Part shown: one piece after another, positions 37,381-47,662 of the stretch | How the letters are laid out: every line of letters starts with the position of its first letter | Numbering within the stretch: the stretch's first letter is position 1 | Source: an uncultured Candidatus Saccharibacteria bacterium | GTDB taxonomy: Bacteria; Patescibacteriota; Minisyncoccia; 2-02-FULL-40-12; GWA2-44-9 | Assembly: GCA_964491455.1 (NCBI GenBank) | Contig: CAZBFM010000001.1 | Coordinates: 81,970-145,969, forward strand | DNA: 64,000 nt | Direction of reading: 5' to 3' | Notes under the pieces: model-generated | What the model saw: only the letters and a program-made list of their open reading frames with translations | What the model was told of the DNA's origin: nothing | Database searches by the model: none | Program-made: the position numbers and the translations under genes

Positions 37381-37791
37381 ATGAAGCATGCCACTCGAAA
37401 GGCAACACCAGAACAGCATACGCTATTCAAGAAAGTGCAGCAGACTCTCCCGTTTGTTTCGGGGGATATTATCTGGGAGCGTATCCTGGGCGGAACTGAA
37501 GCGCTTGCTTGTCTGAGCGCTCCGAGATTGTCTTTTCGTGAGTATCAAGAGCTGTGGCATAACGCTCCCGAAGGCTCCTTCCTCGAAGAGCAGATTGCAG
37601 CCGAATGGGAGAGCGTGGCCCAGCTCGAAATGCGCACGCGTATCCAGCGTGCTCATCTGAATGGGTACAGCGACGAGGAGCAAGTCGAATACCTCCGATC
37701 ATTGTATCTCGATGCACCTCCTAAGGGTGAGACGAGACGCATGATTGTGCGGCATATCATCTCACTTTTGTCGACCCAACTCGCCGTCTAA
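37381..37791 (+). CDS. hypothetical protein
   Basis: AAGGAG RBS and TATAAT -10 upstream; CCCCGCAC..GTGCGGGG terminator at 37819-37845. Confidence 0.5.
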   Translation: MKHATRKATPEQHTLFKKVQQTLPFVSGDIIWERILGGTEALACLSAPRLSFREYQELWHNAPEGSFLEEQIAAEWESVAQLEMRTRIQRAHLNGYSDEEQVEYLRSLYLDAPPKGETRRMIVRHIISLLSTQLAV

Positions 37792-37859
37792 GCGACAAGC
37801 GAGCCGGTCATGTAGTTCCCCCCGCACTCACGTGCGGGGTTTTTGTTGCATTCGAATCG

Positions 37860-38258
37860 ATGTATACTGAGTATATGCAAAACTATCTCATCATACTCGG
37901 TGCGCTTCTGCTGATTGACTTGCCGTGGATCGGACTCGTTGCTTCCTCGTTCTATAAGAAGCATCTTGGGTATATCATGGGATCTCAGTTTGCGGCGACT
38001 CCTGCGGTGATTTTTTATGCACTCTACGCATATGGTGTTCTCTACTTTGCTGTGCAGCCTGCGCTCGCAGCGGGCTCATGGAGTGTTGCGGCAGGGCGAG
38101 GTGCGCTATTGGGGCTTATAGCATACGGTACATATGATCTCACTAACCACGCAACGATTGCGCGCTGGCCCGCGGTGGTCACGGTCGTTGATATGGGGTG
38201 GGGACTTGTGGTGACGGCACTCGTAAGCACGATTGCGTATCTTATAGCAAGTCGATAG
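37860..38258 (+). CDS. hypothetical membrane protein (DUF2177-like)
   Basis: Four predicted TM helices; start may be the Met at 37875. Confidence 0.4.
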   Translation: MYTEYMQNYLIILGALLLIDLPWIGLVASSFYKKHLGYIMGSQFAATPAVIFYALYAYGVLYFAVQPALAAGSWSVAAGRGALLGLIAYGTYDLTNHATIARWPAVVTVVDMGWGLVVTALVSTIAYLIASR

Positions 38259-38259
38259 G

Positions 38260-38529
38260 ATGGAATCGATGATTACCGGCGTCTTTTTTTGCATGATAAT
38301 TACGCAATCGATTGCGTACCTTTGGTTTCAATCCAGGGGCGGCGTTGTAACGCACGGAAATTACATGAGAGCTCACGCTTTCTTTATGCTAGGGCAGTTT
38401 GCGCAAGCTGGAGATAGCCTCCTCAATGGCGCGTGGGCGAGCTTTTCGATCGCAGCATTCTATTTCATTATTACTGCTACCGGGATCGTGCAACGCTATC
38501 GTATAATGCGGAGTGAATTTGTGCGATGA
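38260..38529 (+). CDS. hypothetical small membrane protein
   Basis: Two hydrophobic helices; stop overlaps the next gene start. Confidence 0.35.
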   Translation: MESMITGVFFCMIITQSIAYLWFQSRGGVVTHGNYMRAHAFFMLGQFAQAGDSLLNGAWASFSIAAFYFIITATGIVQRYRIMRSEFVR

Positions 38530-39035
38530 AGCACGTTATTGTTCATGACCGTATGCAGCAAGGATATCGCTACGAGCTCGTGGCGCGTGAGGGAGGCGAT
38601 TTTGATCCGCGTTTTACTCCTGATCTTACTCCTGAAGAGATGCTCCGATTAGGAGTCTTCGGAGGACGGTATTTACGCGATTGTAGGGATGAATTTCCTG
38701 CACGTTGGTTTGCGCATGCAAAGCTACTCCCCGACGGAGTGCCAGGTCATGATCCTCATCTGAACTTTTTTCACGTTGATGCTTCTCAATCGTTAGCTGA
38801 GTGGAAGCGAAAAGGATGGATTTACCCCGAAGACCCTCGGGGGTGGTTTCAATGGTACTGTCGTTACTATCGTGGGCGTCGTATAGCGGATGATGAAGTC
38901 CAGATTCAGCGTTGGCGATCTATTCGTCGTCACATTGCTCAAATCAAAAAACACTGCCGTGCTGGTGATGCATCGTGTCGTCCACGACAGCGACAAGCGC
39001 TCCTGCACTGGGCTTACGATAGTCGCTCAATCTAA
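38526..39035 (+). CDS. hypothetical protein
   Basis: 169-aa Trp/Arg-rich ORF; no motif assigned. Confidence 0.45.
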   Translation: MKHVIVHDRMQQGYRYELVAREGGDFDPRFTPDLTPEEMLRLGVFGGRYLRDCRDEFPARWFAHAKLLPDGVPGHDPHLNFFHVDASQSLAEWKRKGWIYPEDPRGWFQWYCRYYRGRRIADDEVQIQRWRSIRRHIAQIKKHCRAGDASCRPRQRQALLHWAYDSRSI

Positions 39036-39285
39036 GGCGGGATGATGTTGCTGGCTCTCTTTTGAAAATCGTGGTATGCTCAGCGAAAGCAAGTAATCAT
39101 AATATTCCTATGGCAAAACGACGCGGTGCTCTCGGAAGCACAAAAGTAATCCGACATCCCAAGAAAACGAAGAAGCGACGAGCGGCAAAGCAGGCAATGC
39201 TAGCTTCGAGAGCCAAGAAGTAAGCGGTTCGGCACATGATTCAACTTCCATAACGACCCTTCGGGGTCGTTTGGTTCTGGGCTCC

Positions 39286-39969
39286 ATGCACGCAAAACTT
39301 GATTACGTATTTGAATTTCTTGAAGATCTGTCACGAAATAATACCCGTGCATGGATTCATGAGCGCGTGAATGAGCGCAGATTTGAGGTGGTACAAAAGA
39401 CGATGTTGCAATGGGTCTCGATGCTGCTACTGGATATGCAGGACATTGAAGATACGCGAAACATTAGAGCAAAGGATTGTATGTATCGGATTTGGAGGGA
39501 TACTCGTTTTGGTTCCGATAAAACGCCTTGTAAAACATATCTTTCATTCATCATTCGAGCGGGTGGAAGACGCAATGAACAGCGAGCTGCGTACTACGTA
39601 CAAATCGGGCCGAACGGGCAATCGTTTATTGGCGGCGGAGTATATCGACCAGATCCGGTGAGTATGCATAAGATTCGTACGTCACTCATCGATCACGGTG
39701 ACAATTTGCATCGCATACTTTCATCTCGTGAATTCACAAAGATGTTTTCGTCACTTGAACGCATTACGCTCAAGACGCGCCCTCGTGGCTTCAGGATTGA
39801 TGATGCGTCGCCTGAAGTGCGCGACCTGCTTAGGTATACATCGTGGGTTGCAACGCGTCATCTCACTGATGCAGAGGTGCTTTCAAAAACATTTGATACA
39901 GAAATTCTGAAAACATTTCGAGTGCTACAACCGCTCAATGGCTGGCTCAACCATGCATTGGGCTCATAG
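39286..39969 (+). CDS. DUF2461 (TIGR02453) family protein
   Basis: YRIWRDTRFGSDKTPCKTY matches the family hallmark YRIYRDTRFSKDKTPYK. Confidence 0.6.
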   Translation: MHAKLDYVFEFLEDLSRNNTRAWIHERVNERRFEVVQKTMLQWVSMLLLDMQDIEDTRNIRAKDCMYRIWRDTRFGSDKTPCKTYLSFIIRAGGRRNEQRAAYYVQIGPNGQSFIGGGVYRPDPVSMHKIRTSLIDHGDNLHRILSSREFTKMFSSLERITLKTRPRGFRIDDASPEVRDLLRYTSWVATRHLTDAEVLSKTFDTEILKTFRVLQPLNGWLNHALGS

Positions 39970-40019
39970 CGCATCGGATTGCGTTGTCGGGGTAGTGTAT
40001 TTGTCGTACTATTGACTCT

Positions 40020-40814
40020 ATGAAAACTCGAAGCATAATCACAGCCGTTGGCATCCTCGTAGTGGCGGTGGTGGCAGCGGGGTATCGGTATGCAATTCAC
40101 GATGCATACATTAATTATCAAAAGCCCCCGGTGCCCAGTGAGCAACCGCGGAGCGTTGTGATATCTCAAGAGCCGAATCAGCTGCAACCAACGCCGACGC
40201 CTGAAATCCGTGGAGCGATTAATCTCGCGGTGCCTTTTTCCAGTCAGGCCCCTCGCGGCGATTGGAGTCTTCCATGGCAAGAGGCGTGCGAGGAGACGAG
40301 TGCGCTTCTCGTTGATGCGTTTTGGAGAGGTGTGACTCCAACTGCGGATGAGGTGGTGACCTCTATTCAGCGATTGGTTGATTGGCAGAAAGAACACCTT
40401 GGCTTCTACCAGCATACAACTGCTGCGGAAACGGCCACGATGATACGCTCGGTGTTTGGATACCGACGAGTAGACGTGATGTATGATATATCTATCGAGG
40501 ACCTTCGACGTGAAGTTCGGGCTGGACGTCCGGTTATCGTGCCGCTCGCTGGGCGTTTACTCGGTAATCCTTTCTATACGGTGCCCGGTCCGGCGTATCA
40601 TATGCTTGTCGTGAAGGGCGTAGCGGATAATGGAGATGTGATTACCAATGATGTTGGTACGAGACATGGGAGAAATCTTACGTATTCCGCAGATGTATTT
40701 TTGCGGGCTATGCACGATGTGCCGACGGGTGGAGACGACTGGTCAAGCGACATTGATCCGGCGGGCTATGTTCTGACCGGGAGGCGCGCGATGATTGTCA
40801 TTTATCCCAACTAG
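40020..40814 (+). CDS. secreted/membrane-anchored C39-like peptidase-family protein (tentative)
   Basis: N-terminal anchor IITAVGILVVAVVAAG; the central region with a conserved Cys resembles the Peptidase_C39_2 layout; low certainty. Confidence 0.4.
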   Translation: MKTRSIITAVGILVVAVVAAGYRYAIHDAYINYQKPPVPSEQPRSVVISQEPNQLQPTPTPEIRGAINLAVPFSSQAPRGDWSLPWQEACEETSALLVDAFWRGVTPTADEVVTSIQRLVDWQKEHLGFYQHTTAAETATMIRSVFGYRRVDVMYDISIEDLRREVRAGRPVIVPLAGRLLGNPFYTVPGPAYHMLVVKGVADNGDVITNDVGTRHGRNLTYSADVFLRAMHDVPTGGDDWSSDIDPAGYVLTGRRAMIVIYPN

Positions 40815-42154
40815 ATCACAAATCCTCTGCGCTGTTGCAGTCGTCTGCGTAGGAGTGCAACCAGAAGTACTGCTTCAATGGTTGATGCGAGTGCGTACGC
40901 GAGTCCGAGCCCATTGAGGCCCATGGTGGGCATCCATAGTCGCGCGAGGAGCCATATTAAACCGAGACCGGGGACGGATACAAAAATAGGCGTCCAGGTG
41001 TCCTTGAGTGCATAGAACGCACGCACAAAAAGATGGATGAATGCTTCAGCGGGTATACCAAGCGAGAACCATGCGAGGAGTGATGCAGTTGCTGCAATTT
41101 GATGAGAGCCAAAATGTCCTCCACCAAGCAGCGTCTTGATTACCAGTGGACCTGCAAGTATGTAAAATGCCATAGAAAGAGTGGTCACGAACAAGAGAGG
41201 CCGCGCTGCTTCCTTTAGCGTGCGCATAAATGAGGCGTCGTCATCCAGGGCCGCATAGCGTGATAGCGATGCAAAGACGGCCGTGGCAAAGGAGATGCCA
41301 AACACAGATACGGGAACGGATTCAAAATTGCGCGCGAACGAAAGAATGGCGATGGAGCCAGCAGAAAGGGTTGATGCTAGGTTCGTAAATAGAAAAAAGG
41401 TTAATTGCTCGACCGGTTGGCCCGCCATACGAGGAATCATGAGACGGAGAACATTTCGAAAATAGGTACCAGAAAAATTGATTGAGCCATGTAGAGTAAA
41501 ACCCGATCGAAGCGTAGAAATAATGCGAACCAAAAGGTGCAGCGCTGCACCTGCTATGGTGCCAATGACGAGCCCGCTAGGTCCCAGGGGTGCAACAAGA
41601 AATGCACCGGCGATAATGCCGAGATTATAGAGCACGGGAGAAAGTCCATATCCTGTAAATCGCTCCAATGAGACGAGAATTCCACCGAGTGTATTGGAGA
41701 GCGCAAAAAGAATTGGCGAAATGAGCATGATTCGGGACAGATGAATCAAAAGTGCAAGATCATCCCCTGAAAATCCTGGTGCGACAACACCCGCAAAGTG
41801 AGGCATCCCGATGTAGGCAATTATTCCGATGAATAGCATTGAAATCGGTGCGCCAACGAGCATAGTTGTTGCTAGTTCGCGTGCCTCTTCTCTTTGGTCT
41901 TTGGCGAGCAACTGAGTAAACACCGGAACAAAAGCCGCTGCGAGTGCTCCTGCGATGAATATATTCAGGAGAACGTCGGGAATGATGAAGGCGGCATTGT
42001 ATACATCTAGGAGTCGACTCGCACCGAGTATGCGTGCAAAAACCATGTCTCGAACGAGGCCTAGTGCGTAACTGATTATGGTGAGCGCGGTAAGCAGAGA
42101 TGCTCCACGGCGAAATACGCTCCCAAAGAGATATTCACGTATGTTGAGTTTCAT
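40811..42154 (-). CDS. murJ: lipid II flippase MurJ
   Basis: ~14 TM helices; N-terminus ...LGLVRDMVFARILGAS...YNAAFIIPDVL typical of MviN/MurJ. Confidence 0.85.
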   Translation of the reverse strand: MKLNIREYLFGSVFRRGASLLTALTIISYALGLVRDMVFARILGASRLLDVYNAAFIIPDVLLNIFIAGALAAAFVPVFTQLLAKDQREEARELATTMLVGAPISMLFIGIIAYIGMPHFAGVVAPGFSGDDLALLIHLSRIMLISPILFALSNTLGGILVSLERFTGYGLSPVLYNLGIIAGAFLVAPLGPSGLVIGTIAGAALHLLVRIISTLRSGFTLHGSINFSGTYFRNVLRLMIPRMAGQPVEQLTFFLFTNLASTLSAGSIAILSFARNFESVPVSVFGISFATAVFASLSRYAALDDDASFMRTLKEAARPLLFVTTLSMAFYILAGPLVIKTLLGGGHFGSHQIAATASLLAWFSLGIPAEAFIHLFVRAFYALKDTWTPIFVSVPGLGLIWLLARLWMPTMGLNGLGLAYALASTIEAVLLVALLRRRLQQRRGFVI

Positions 42155-42207
42155 GTATTAGTAGTATACGCATACCAACGCCTAATTCCAACCGACCCTT
42201 TCTCGCT

Positions 42208-43845
42208 ATGACCATGTCTGATAATTTGCTATACTCAACGTGTAGTTGTAAGAACATCTCTCATATGTCGTTGATATCATTTCTCGGTACTCGAAAGTGG
42301 CTCAGTGTCGCTTCTGCAATAGTTCTTATTGCGATTGGAGTCTATTTCTTTCGCTCAGGGGATGGGCAAGCCATTGGTGATATTGAAGTGAAGAGATCTA
42401 CCATTCTCGAAACGGTTGCCGTGACGGGTAGTATTGAGCCGGCGGATGCCGTTGAGCTATCATTTCAAAATAGTGGAAGGGTTTCACGAGCGAATGTGCG
42501 AGTCGGCGACCGAGTTGTTCAAGGGCAAACGTTGGCGAGTTTGGATGTCGCGGAGCTTAGTGCGCAGCTGAGAGACGCACAAGCGACGGTCCTCGCGCAA
42601 AGCGCAAAGCTGCAGAACATTCAAGGTGGAGGTCGAGCTGAAGAAATCGCAATTCAGGAATCGGATGTGCGCTCAGCGCAATTGGCATTGGCACACGCGT
42701 ATGAGGGCGTCTATGGGGTGCTCACTGATGCATTTACGAAGGCGGATAACGCAATGCGAGCTCAGTTGTATCCTCTTTTTACGAGTGTTGGTAATGATGG
42801 CACTCCACAATATGTGATGACCGTGTCGTGTCAGTGTGACGTAGCTGCAGCGTCAGCTGTTTCTAACAGGGCAAAATCGGAGACGTATCTTATTCGTTGG
42901 AAGGCAGAACTCTCTGATTTAGCACTGCACGGCACTCCGGAACTTTTCATGCGTGCGATGGTGAATGCGGAAAGTTATCTGAATGCAATTCGTGCAACGG
43001 TGAATGCAGTTGGAACTTTGCTTGATGATACAACGCTCAATCAATATACAGCTGCAGCAACCGTGCAAGAGTATCGAACCCGAGTAGTGACTGCTCGCAC
43101 AGCGGTTGATGCTGCATCGCTCGCGGTGACTACGCGAACTCAGTTGATTGGAACGAATGAGTCAGCTCTTGAACGAGCCGAGCGTGCGTTGGCGCTCACA
43201 AAAGCTGGATCAACAAAGTATGAGATTGATGCGCAAAGGGCTAGTCTGCTTTCAGCGCAAGCACAAGTGGAACGCTACGAGGCGCAGATTGCAAAGAGCC
43301 TCATACGGAGCCCTATTGATGGCATTGTGACCAGGCAGGATGCTAAGACCGGCCAAAATGCTACCGCGAACATTGGGCTTATTGAAGTTATTTCAGATAA
43401 GAATCTGCAGATCGAATCGTACATTCCGGAGGTGGATATTGGAAAGGTTGCGGTAGGCGATAAAGTCAAAGTTGCCGCGGATGCATTTCCAGCCGAGGTG
43501 TTTCAAGGGCAGATTTTGTTTGTTGATCCCGCAAAAACAATTATCGATGGCGTAGTGAAGTTCAAGGTGATCATGAGTCTCGCCCAAGAGGACACACGTT
43601 TTAAGAGTGGCCTTACGGTGAACCTCGATATCATCACGCAGGAAAAGTCAGATGTGATTGTGGTGCCACAGTTTACGATCATTGAAAATGATGAAGGAAC
43701 GTTTGTGCAGCGCGTGACATCTTCTGGTACTGAGAAGATTATGGTGCAGCTCGGCATTCGTGATCAGTCGGGTATGGTCGAGGTTGTTTCGGGACTCAAT
43801 GAGCACGACCTAGTGCAGAACATTGGGTTGAAAACGTCGCAGTAA
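42208..43845 (+). CDS. efflux periplasmic adaptor protein (HlyD/MacA family)
   Basis: N-terminal anchor, long coiled-coil, C-terminal beta-barrel domains; upstream of the ABC ATPase and permease. Confidence 0.75.
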   Translation: MTMSDNLLYSTCSCKNISHMSLISFLGTRKWLSVASAIVLIAIGVYFFRSGDGQAIGDIEVKRSTILETVAVTGSIEPADAVELSFQNSGRVSRANVRVGDRVVQGQTLASLDVAELSAQLRDAQATVLAQSAKLQNIQGGGRAEEIAIQESDVRSAQLALAHAYEGVYGVLTDAFTKADNAMRAQLYPLFTSVGNDGTPQYVMTVSCQCDVAAASAVSNRAKSETYLIRWKAELSDLALHGTPELFMRAMVNAESYLNAIRATVNAVGTLLDDTTLNQYTAAATVQEYRTRVVTARTAVDAASLAVTTRTQLIGTNESALERAERALALTKAGSTKYEIDAQRASLLSAQAQVERYEAQIAKSLIRSPIDGIVTRQDAKTGQNATANIGLIEVISDKNLQIESYIPEVDIGKVAVGDKVKVAADAFPAEVFQGQILFVDPAKTIIDGVVKFKVIMSLAQEDTRFKSGLTVNLDIITQEKSDVIVVPQFTIIENDEGTFVQRVTSSGTEKIMVQLGIRDQSGMVEVVSGLNEHDLVQNIGLKTSQ

Positions 43846-43851
43846 CTTCGC

Positions 43852-44568
43852 ATGGAGGATCTCATCGAATTACGCAAGCTCGGTAAAGAATACCTATCGG
43901 AATCTGTACGAACGACCGCGCTTACGGACGTATCATTTCGTATACATCGCGGCGAGTTTGTTGCTATCATGGGTCCTTCAGGCTCAGGGAAGTCGACCCT
44001 ACTTCATTTGCTTGATTTTCTTGATCGACCAACCAGTGGTTCATATGTTTTTCGAGGTAGTGATACAACACACCTTTCCGATATAGATTTGGCACGTCTC
44101 CGGAATAAAGAGATGGGGTTTATATTCCAAGCGTTCAATTTGCTAGGTCGAGGAACTGTGTATGAAAATGTCGAGTTGCCATTATTGTATTCCGATGTCC
44201 CCGTCATGCGTCGACCGGAACTGGTCCGAGAAGCTATCCATGGCGTCGGACTCGACGATAAAATTGATGTCCCTGCCAGTAATTTGTCGGGCGGGCAAAA
44301 GCAGCGCGTCGCAATTGCGCGAGCGCTCGTAAATGATCCTAGTATTATTTTTGCAGATGAGCCGACGGGAAATTTAGATTCAAAATCGGGGGGACAAGTC
44401 ATGGAGATACTTGAGCAGCTAAATCAGCAGGGAAGAACAATTGTACTGGTGACTCATGAGACATATACGGCGAAATACGCCGGAAGGTTGATCGCGCTCT
44501 TGGATGGTCGCATTGAAAAGGACGAGGCAATTGAGGATCGTAATACGACGGGTCAATTTATCAAGTAA
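43852..44568 (+). CDS. ABC transporter ATP-binding protein (MacB/LolD type)
   Basis: Walker [10 protein letters not shown]; signature LSGGQKQR; Walker [13 protein letters not shown]. Confidence 0.9.
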   Translation: MEDLIELRKLGKEYLSESVRTTALTDVSFRIHRGEFVAIMGPSGSGKSTLLHLLDFLDRPTSGSYVFRGSDTTHLSDIDLARLRNKEMGFIFQAFNLLGRGTVYENVELPLLYSDVPVMRRPELVREAIHGVGLDDKIDVPASNLSGGQKQRVAIARALVNDPSIIFADEPTGNLDSKSGGQVMEILEQLNQQGRTIVLVTHETYTAKYAGRLIALLDGRIEKDEAIEDRNTTGQFIK

Positions 44569-45812
44569 TGAAACTCAACGACTCGATTAAAAGCGCATTA
44601 CGTGGACTCCGGCAGTCCAAAGTTCGGACCGCATTGACGATGTTGGGAGTCATTATTGGTATCGCGTCAGTTATTCTGTTGATGTCCATTGGCGCTTCCG
44701 CTCAGCAGTATATTCTTGGACAAGTAAAAAGCGTTGGGTCCAACCTTATCTATGTTATTCCTGGCGGGTCCGGTGGGAGCAAAACATCGACTCCTGCATC
44801 GAGTCTTGGTGTTATCATAAAAACATTGGTTGATCGTGACGTAGAGAGTCTTCGTCGCGAACCCAGCATCGTAAGTGCCGCTCCTGTAGTTCGTGGTCAA
44901 GCACGTGCAGTTGCTGCGTCCAATGATATCTCGGTCACGTGGCAGGCATCGAGTGAGGAGTATTTTGCATTGAGTAATCTGAATCCCGTGCAGGGCATGG
45001 CATTCTCGAGGTCGGATGTGATGTCATTTAATCGTGTCGCTGTTCTGGGGTCGCAGCTTGCGCGCGATCTTTTTGGCGACCGCAATCCTATTGGGCAGGT
45101 ATTACGATTGCGCGATACCACGTTCCACGTCGTCGGAGTGCTTGGCCCCAAGGGAATCGGAGCATTCGGTATCGATCAAGACGCAACGATTATTATCCCC
45201 ATCAGTGTCGGTCAAAAGCAGCTGCTGGGCATTGATTATTACCAAACGGTGGTTGTGCAGGCGTCAAATGACTATACGATTGATTTCGTGAAGTCACGCA
45301 TTACGTCGATATTGCGCCAGAATCATAGTATTACAGATGTCTCAAAGGATGATTTCACCATTCGAGCACAGGAGGATATTCTTAGTATTTTGGGAAGCAT
45401 CACGTCTGTTCTCACTGTATTCCTGACAGCGATAGCAGCTATTTCACTTATTGTTGGAGGTATCGGGATTATGAATATTATGCTTGTGAGTGTTACGGAG
45501 CGCACGCGTGAGATAGGTCTTCGTAAGGCGATTGGTGCGACTGAAAAGGACATCCTCACGCAGTTTCTTGTAGAGTCAGTTATTGTCACGTCGATTGGCG
45601 GCTCAATCGGTATAGCATTTGGCGTATTGCTTACCGCACTCACGTACGTGGGTATAAAATATGGAGCAAGTATTCCTTGGACATTTCAATTGCCACTTAC
45701 GGGAGTTGCGCTGGCGTTCGGTGTGTCAGCAATAACGGGATTGGTGTTCGGCGTGTATCCTGCTCGCCAAGCGGCACGAAAGAATCCGATTGATGCCCTG
45801 CGATATGAATAA
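44568..45812 (+). CDS. ABC transporter permease (FtsX/MacB family)
   Basis: N-terminal TM helix, large periplasmic domain, C-terminal four-helix FtsX-like bundle. Confidence 0.85.
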   Translation: MKLNDSIKSALRGLRQSKVRTALTMLGVIIGIASVILLMSIGASAQQYILGQVKSVGSNLIYVIPGGSGGSKTSTPASSLGVIIKTLVDRDVESLRREPSIVSAAPVVRGQARAVAASNDISVTWQASSEEYFALSNLNPVQGMAFSRSDVMSFNRVAVLGSQLARDLFGDRNPIGQVLRLRDTTFHVVGVLGPKGIGAFGIDQDATIIIPISVGQKQLLGIDYYQTVVVQASNDYTIDFVKSRITSILRQNHSITDVSKDDFTIRAQEDILSILGSITSVLTVFLTAIAAISLIVGGIGIMNIMLVSVTERTREIGLRKAIGATEKDILTQFLVESVIVTSIGGSIGIAFGVLLTALTYVGIKYGASIPWTFQLPLTGVALAFGVSAITGLVFGVYPARQAARKNPIDALRYE

Positions 45813-45873
45813 TTATTTATTGCGCGTTTTATTCGCCATGGTACGATAGTTTGTCCGCATAATTTATTTTTTC

Positions 45874-46224
45874 ATGAAATCTGTCCAAGACATTTTCGAT
45901 CGTTTGCAGGAAAAAAAGAATCAAGTGAAAGTCGTGCGCCGCAAATATAAGGATGAATTAGGAGCAAGTAGTGAGTATCAGAAAATTACAGAAGAACTCG
46001 ATAAGCTTCGTGCAAAAAAGAAGGCGTATGAGCAGTCTATTCGCGAGCAATCAGGTGCTGCATTTGGCAAGATTGATGATCTTGCGCTTGCCATACGACA
46101 AGATACGCAGATGTTGAGTGACGTCGCGCTCACATCAATTATGAAAGGAGAGCGCGTAGAAGTGAAGGATCAATATTCTGGCTATGAGCCTGTATTCACG
46201 GTTCGCTTTAAACGAACAAAATAG
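45874..46224 (+). CDS. hypothetical coiled-coil protein
   Basis: 116-aa Lys/Glu-rich helical ORF. Confidence 0.4.
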   Translation: MKSVQDIFDRLQEKKNQVKVVRRKYKDELGASSEYQKITEELDKLRAKKKAYEQSIREQSGAAFGKIDDLALAIRQDTQMLSDVALTSIMKGERVEVKDQYSGYEPVFTVRFKRTK

Positions 46225-46864
46225 GCGAGTCAGCCTGCGCATTCTTTGGTGCATCGTTGCTGGCGCCGCTGTATGGGTGTTGGTGAGTTTTGTTGCCACG
46301 AAGACTATTAGGTCTCCTCGATATATAGTCGTATCTTCTGAGGCTGGATATCAAGTTCGTGAGTACGAGTCGTATATTGTTGCTCAAGTCGCGGGTGCGG
46401 ATTCATTCGAGAGAGCATTGTATGACAGCGGCTCACTTTTGCTTCGGTATATTCGAGGAGAGAATACTCGTCAAGAAGCAGTTGCAATGAGGCGACCCGA
46501 GGGAGTGACTGCGCAGTCTTCTCGAGAGCGTATGGCATATTGGGCGCCAATCGTAATTGGACAAAAGAATCAGCATATTGATGCCTCTGTCATCCTTCCG
46601 AGCGATGTGACCATTGTGACTGCGCCGAGACCTAATAATCCAACCATTCGTATTCTGCAGGTGCCGGCGACAGTGCGAGCTGTCGTTCTCGTGTCAGGGA
46701 GTGTGCCATACGATGAAACGGTGCGTCTCGCATCTATGCTTCGTGAGTTGCTTGCCAGAGATAATCGCGTTATTCTCTCGGCTGCAAGTGCTATGTATGT
46801 TGGGCCTTCGTGGGCGCCATCATTTCTTCGACGAACGGAAATATCATTCGTCATCCGCAACTAG
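46184..46864 (+). CDS. SOUL/heme-binding-protein-family protein (tentative), membrane-anchored
   Basis: TM helix followed by PRYIVVSSEAGYQVREYESYIVAQV resembling the SOUL/HBP signature; the annotated start overlaps the upstream gene, so the true start is uncertain. Confidence 0.45.
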   Translation: MSLYSRFALNEQNRRVSLRILWCIVAGAAVWVLVSFVATKTIRSPRYIVVSSEAGYQVREYESYIVAQVAGADSFERALYDSGSLLLRYIRGENTRQEAVAMRRPEGVTAQSSRERMAYWAPIVIGQKNQHIDASVILPSDVTIVTAPRPNNPTIRILQVPATVRAVVLVSGSVPYDETVRLASMLRELLARDNRVILSAASAMYVGPSWAPSFLRRTEISFVIRN

Positions 46865-46879
46865 TCGCTCATCGCACTC

Positions 46880-47662
46880 ATGTATACCCTCCAATCACCT
46901 TATCTCGTCGATAAGCCGCTGGGCGCGACGCCGTTGCAGACACTCGACGTATTTCGGCGCGTTCGAAATATACCTGGGACGGTAAAGCTAGCATACGCGG
47001 GAAGATTGGATCCCTTAGCTTCTGGATTGCTGGCAGTGCTGCATGGCGAGCAATTAGCACATCAAGAAGATTACTGGTATCTTCCCAAGCAGTATGAAGC
47101 GCATATCGTATGCGGCGTTTCTACTGACTCTTTTGATGTGATGGGCATGCCAGTCTCGCAAGGGCACCAAGAGCATACCGCGGAACGGATTACTGCCGTT
47201 CTGCGTGGTCTCGTTGGGAAGATCGATCTGAGTGTCCCGGTATATTCGAGCCAGCGCTTTCAAGGTGAGGCGCTCTTTTCTTTGGCGCGTAATCAACCAG
47301 ATAAAACAATCGTAGTACCCGTTCGTAGAATGGTGATCAGTCAAATAGACGCCCAGCGTAGTGAGCGAATCACAACGGATGCCCTGGTTGCTCTTGCGTG
47401 CGAGCGAATCGGGCTCGTGCAGGGTGATTTTCGACAACAAGAAATATGCGAAGCGTGGAAGGCGCTGTTTATTCAGCGTGAGGAGCTCATCTCATTTCAT
47501 CTTACCATTCATTGTGGCAGCGGCACGTATATTCGTTCGATCGCCCAGGAAATTGGCAGACGCTTGGGCAATGGCGCTGTTCTCGCCGGGTTGCGCCGGA
47601 CTGCTATCGGTGCATGGAGAGTGACAGATTCTGACGTTACAAAGCTTTCTTGGCCGCAATAA
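46880..47662 (+). CDS. truB: tRNA pseudouridine synthase TruB-like (no PUA domain)
   Basis: LVDKPLGATP and catalytic-loop YAGRLDPLASGLL resemble TruB LDKPxGxTS and GTLDPxAxGxL. Confidence 0.65.
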   Translation: MYTLQSPYLVDKPLGATPLQTLDVFRRVRNIPGTVKLAYAGRLDPLASGLLAVLHGEQLAHQEDYWYLPKQYEAHIVCGVSTDSFDVMGMPVSQGHQEHTAERITAVLRGLVGKIDLSVPVYSSQRFQGEALFSLARNQPDKTIVVPVRRMVISQIDAQRSERITTDALVALACERIGLVQGDFRQQEICEAWKALFIQREELISFHLTIHCGSGTYIRSIAQEIGRRLGNGAVLAGLRRTAIGAWRVTDSDVTKLSWPQ

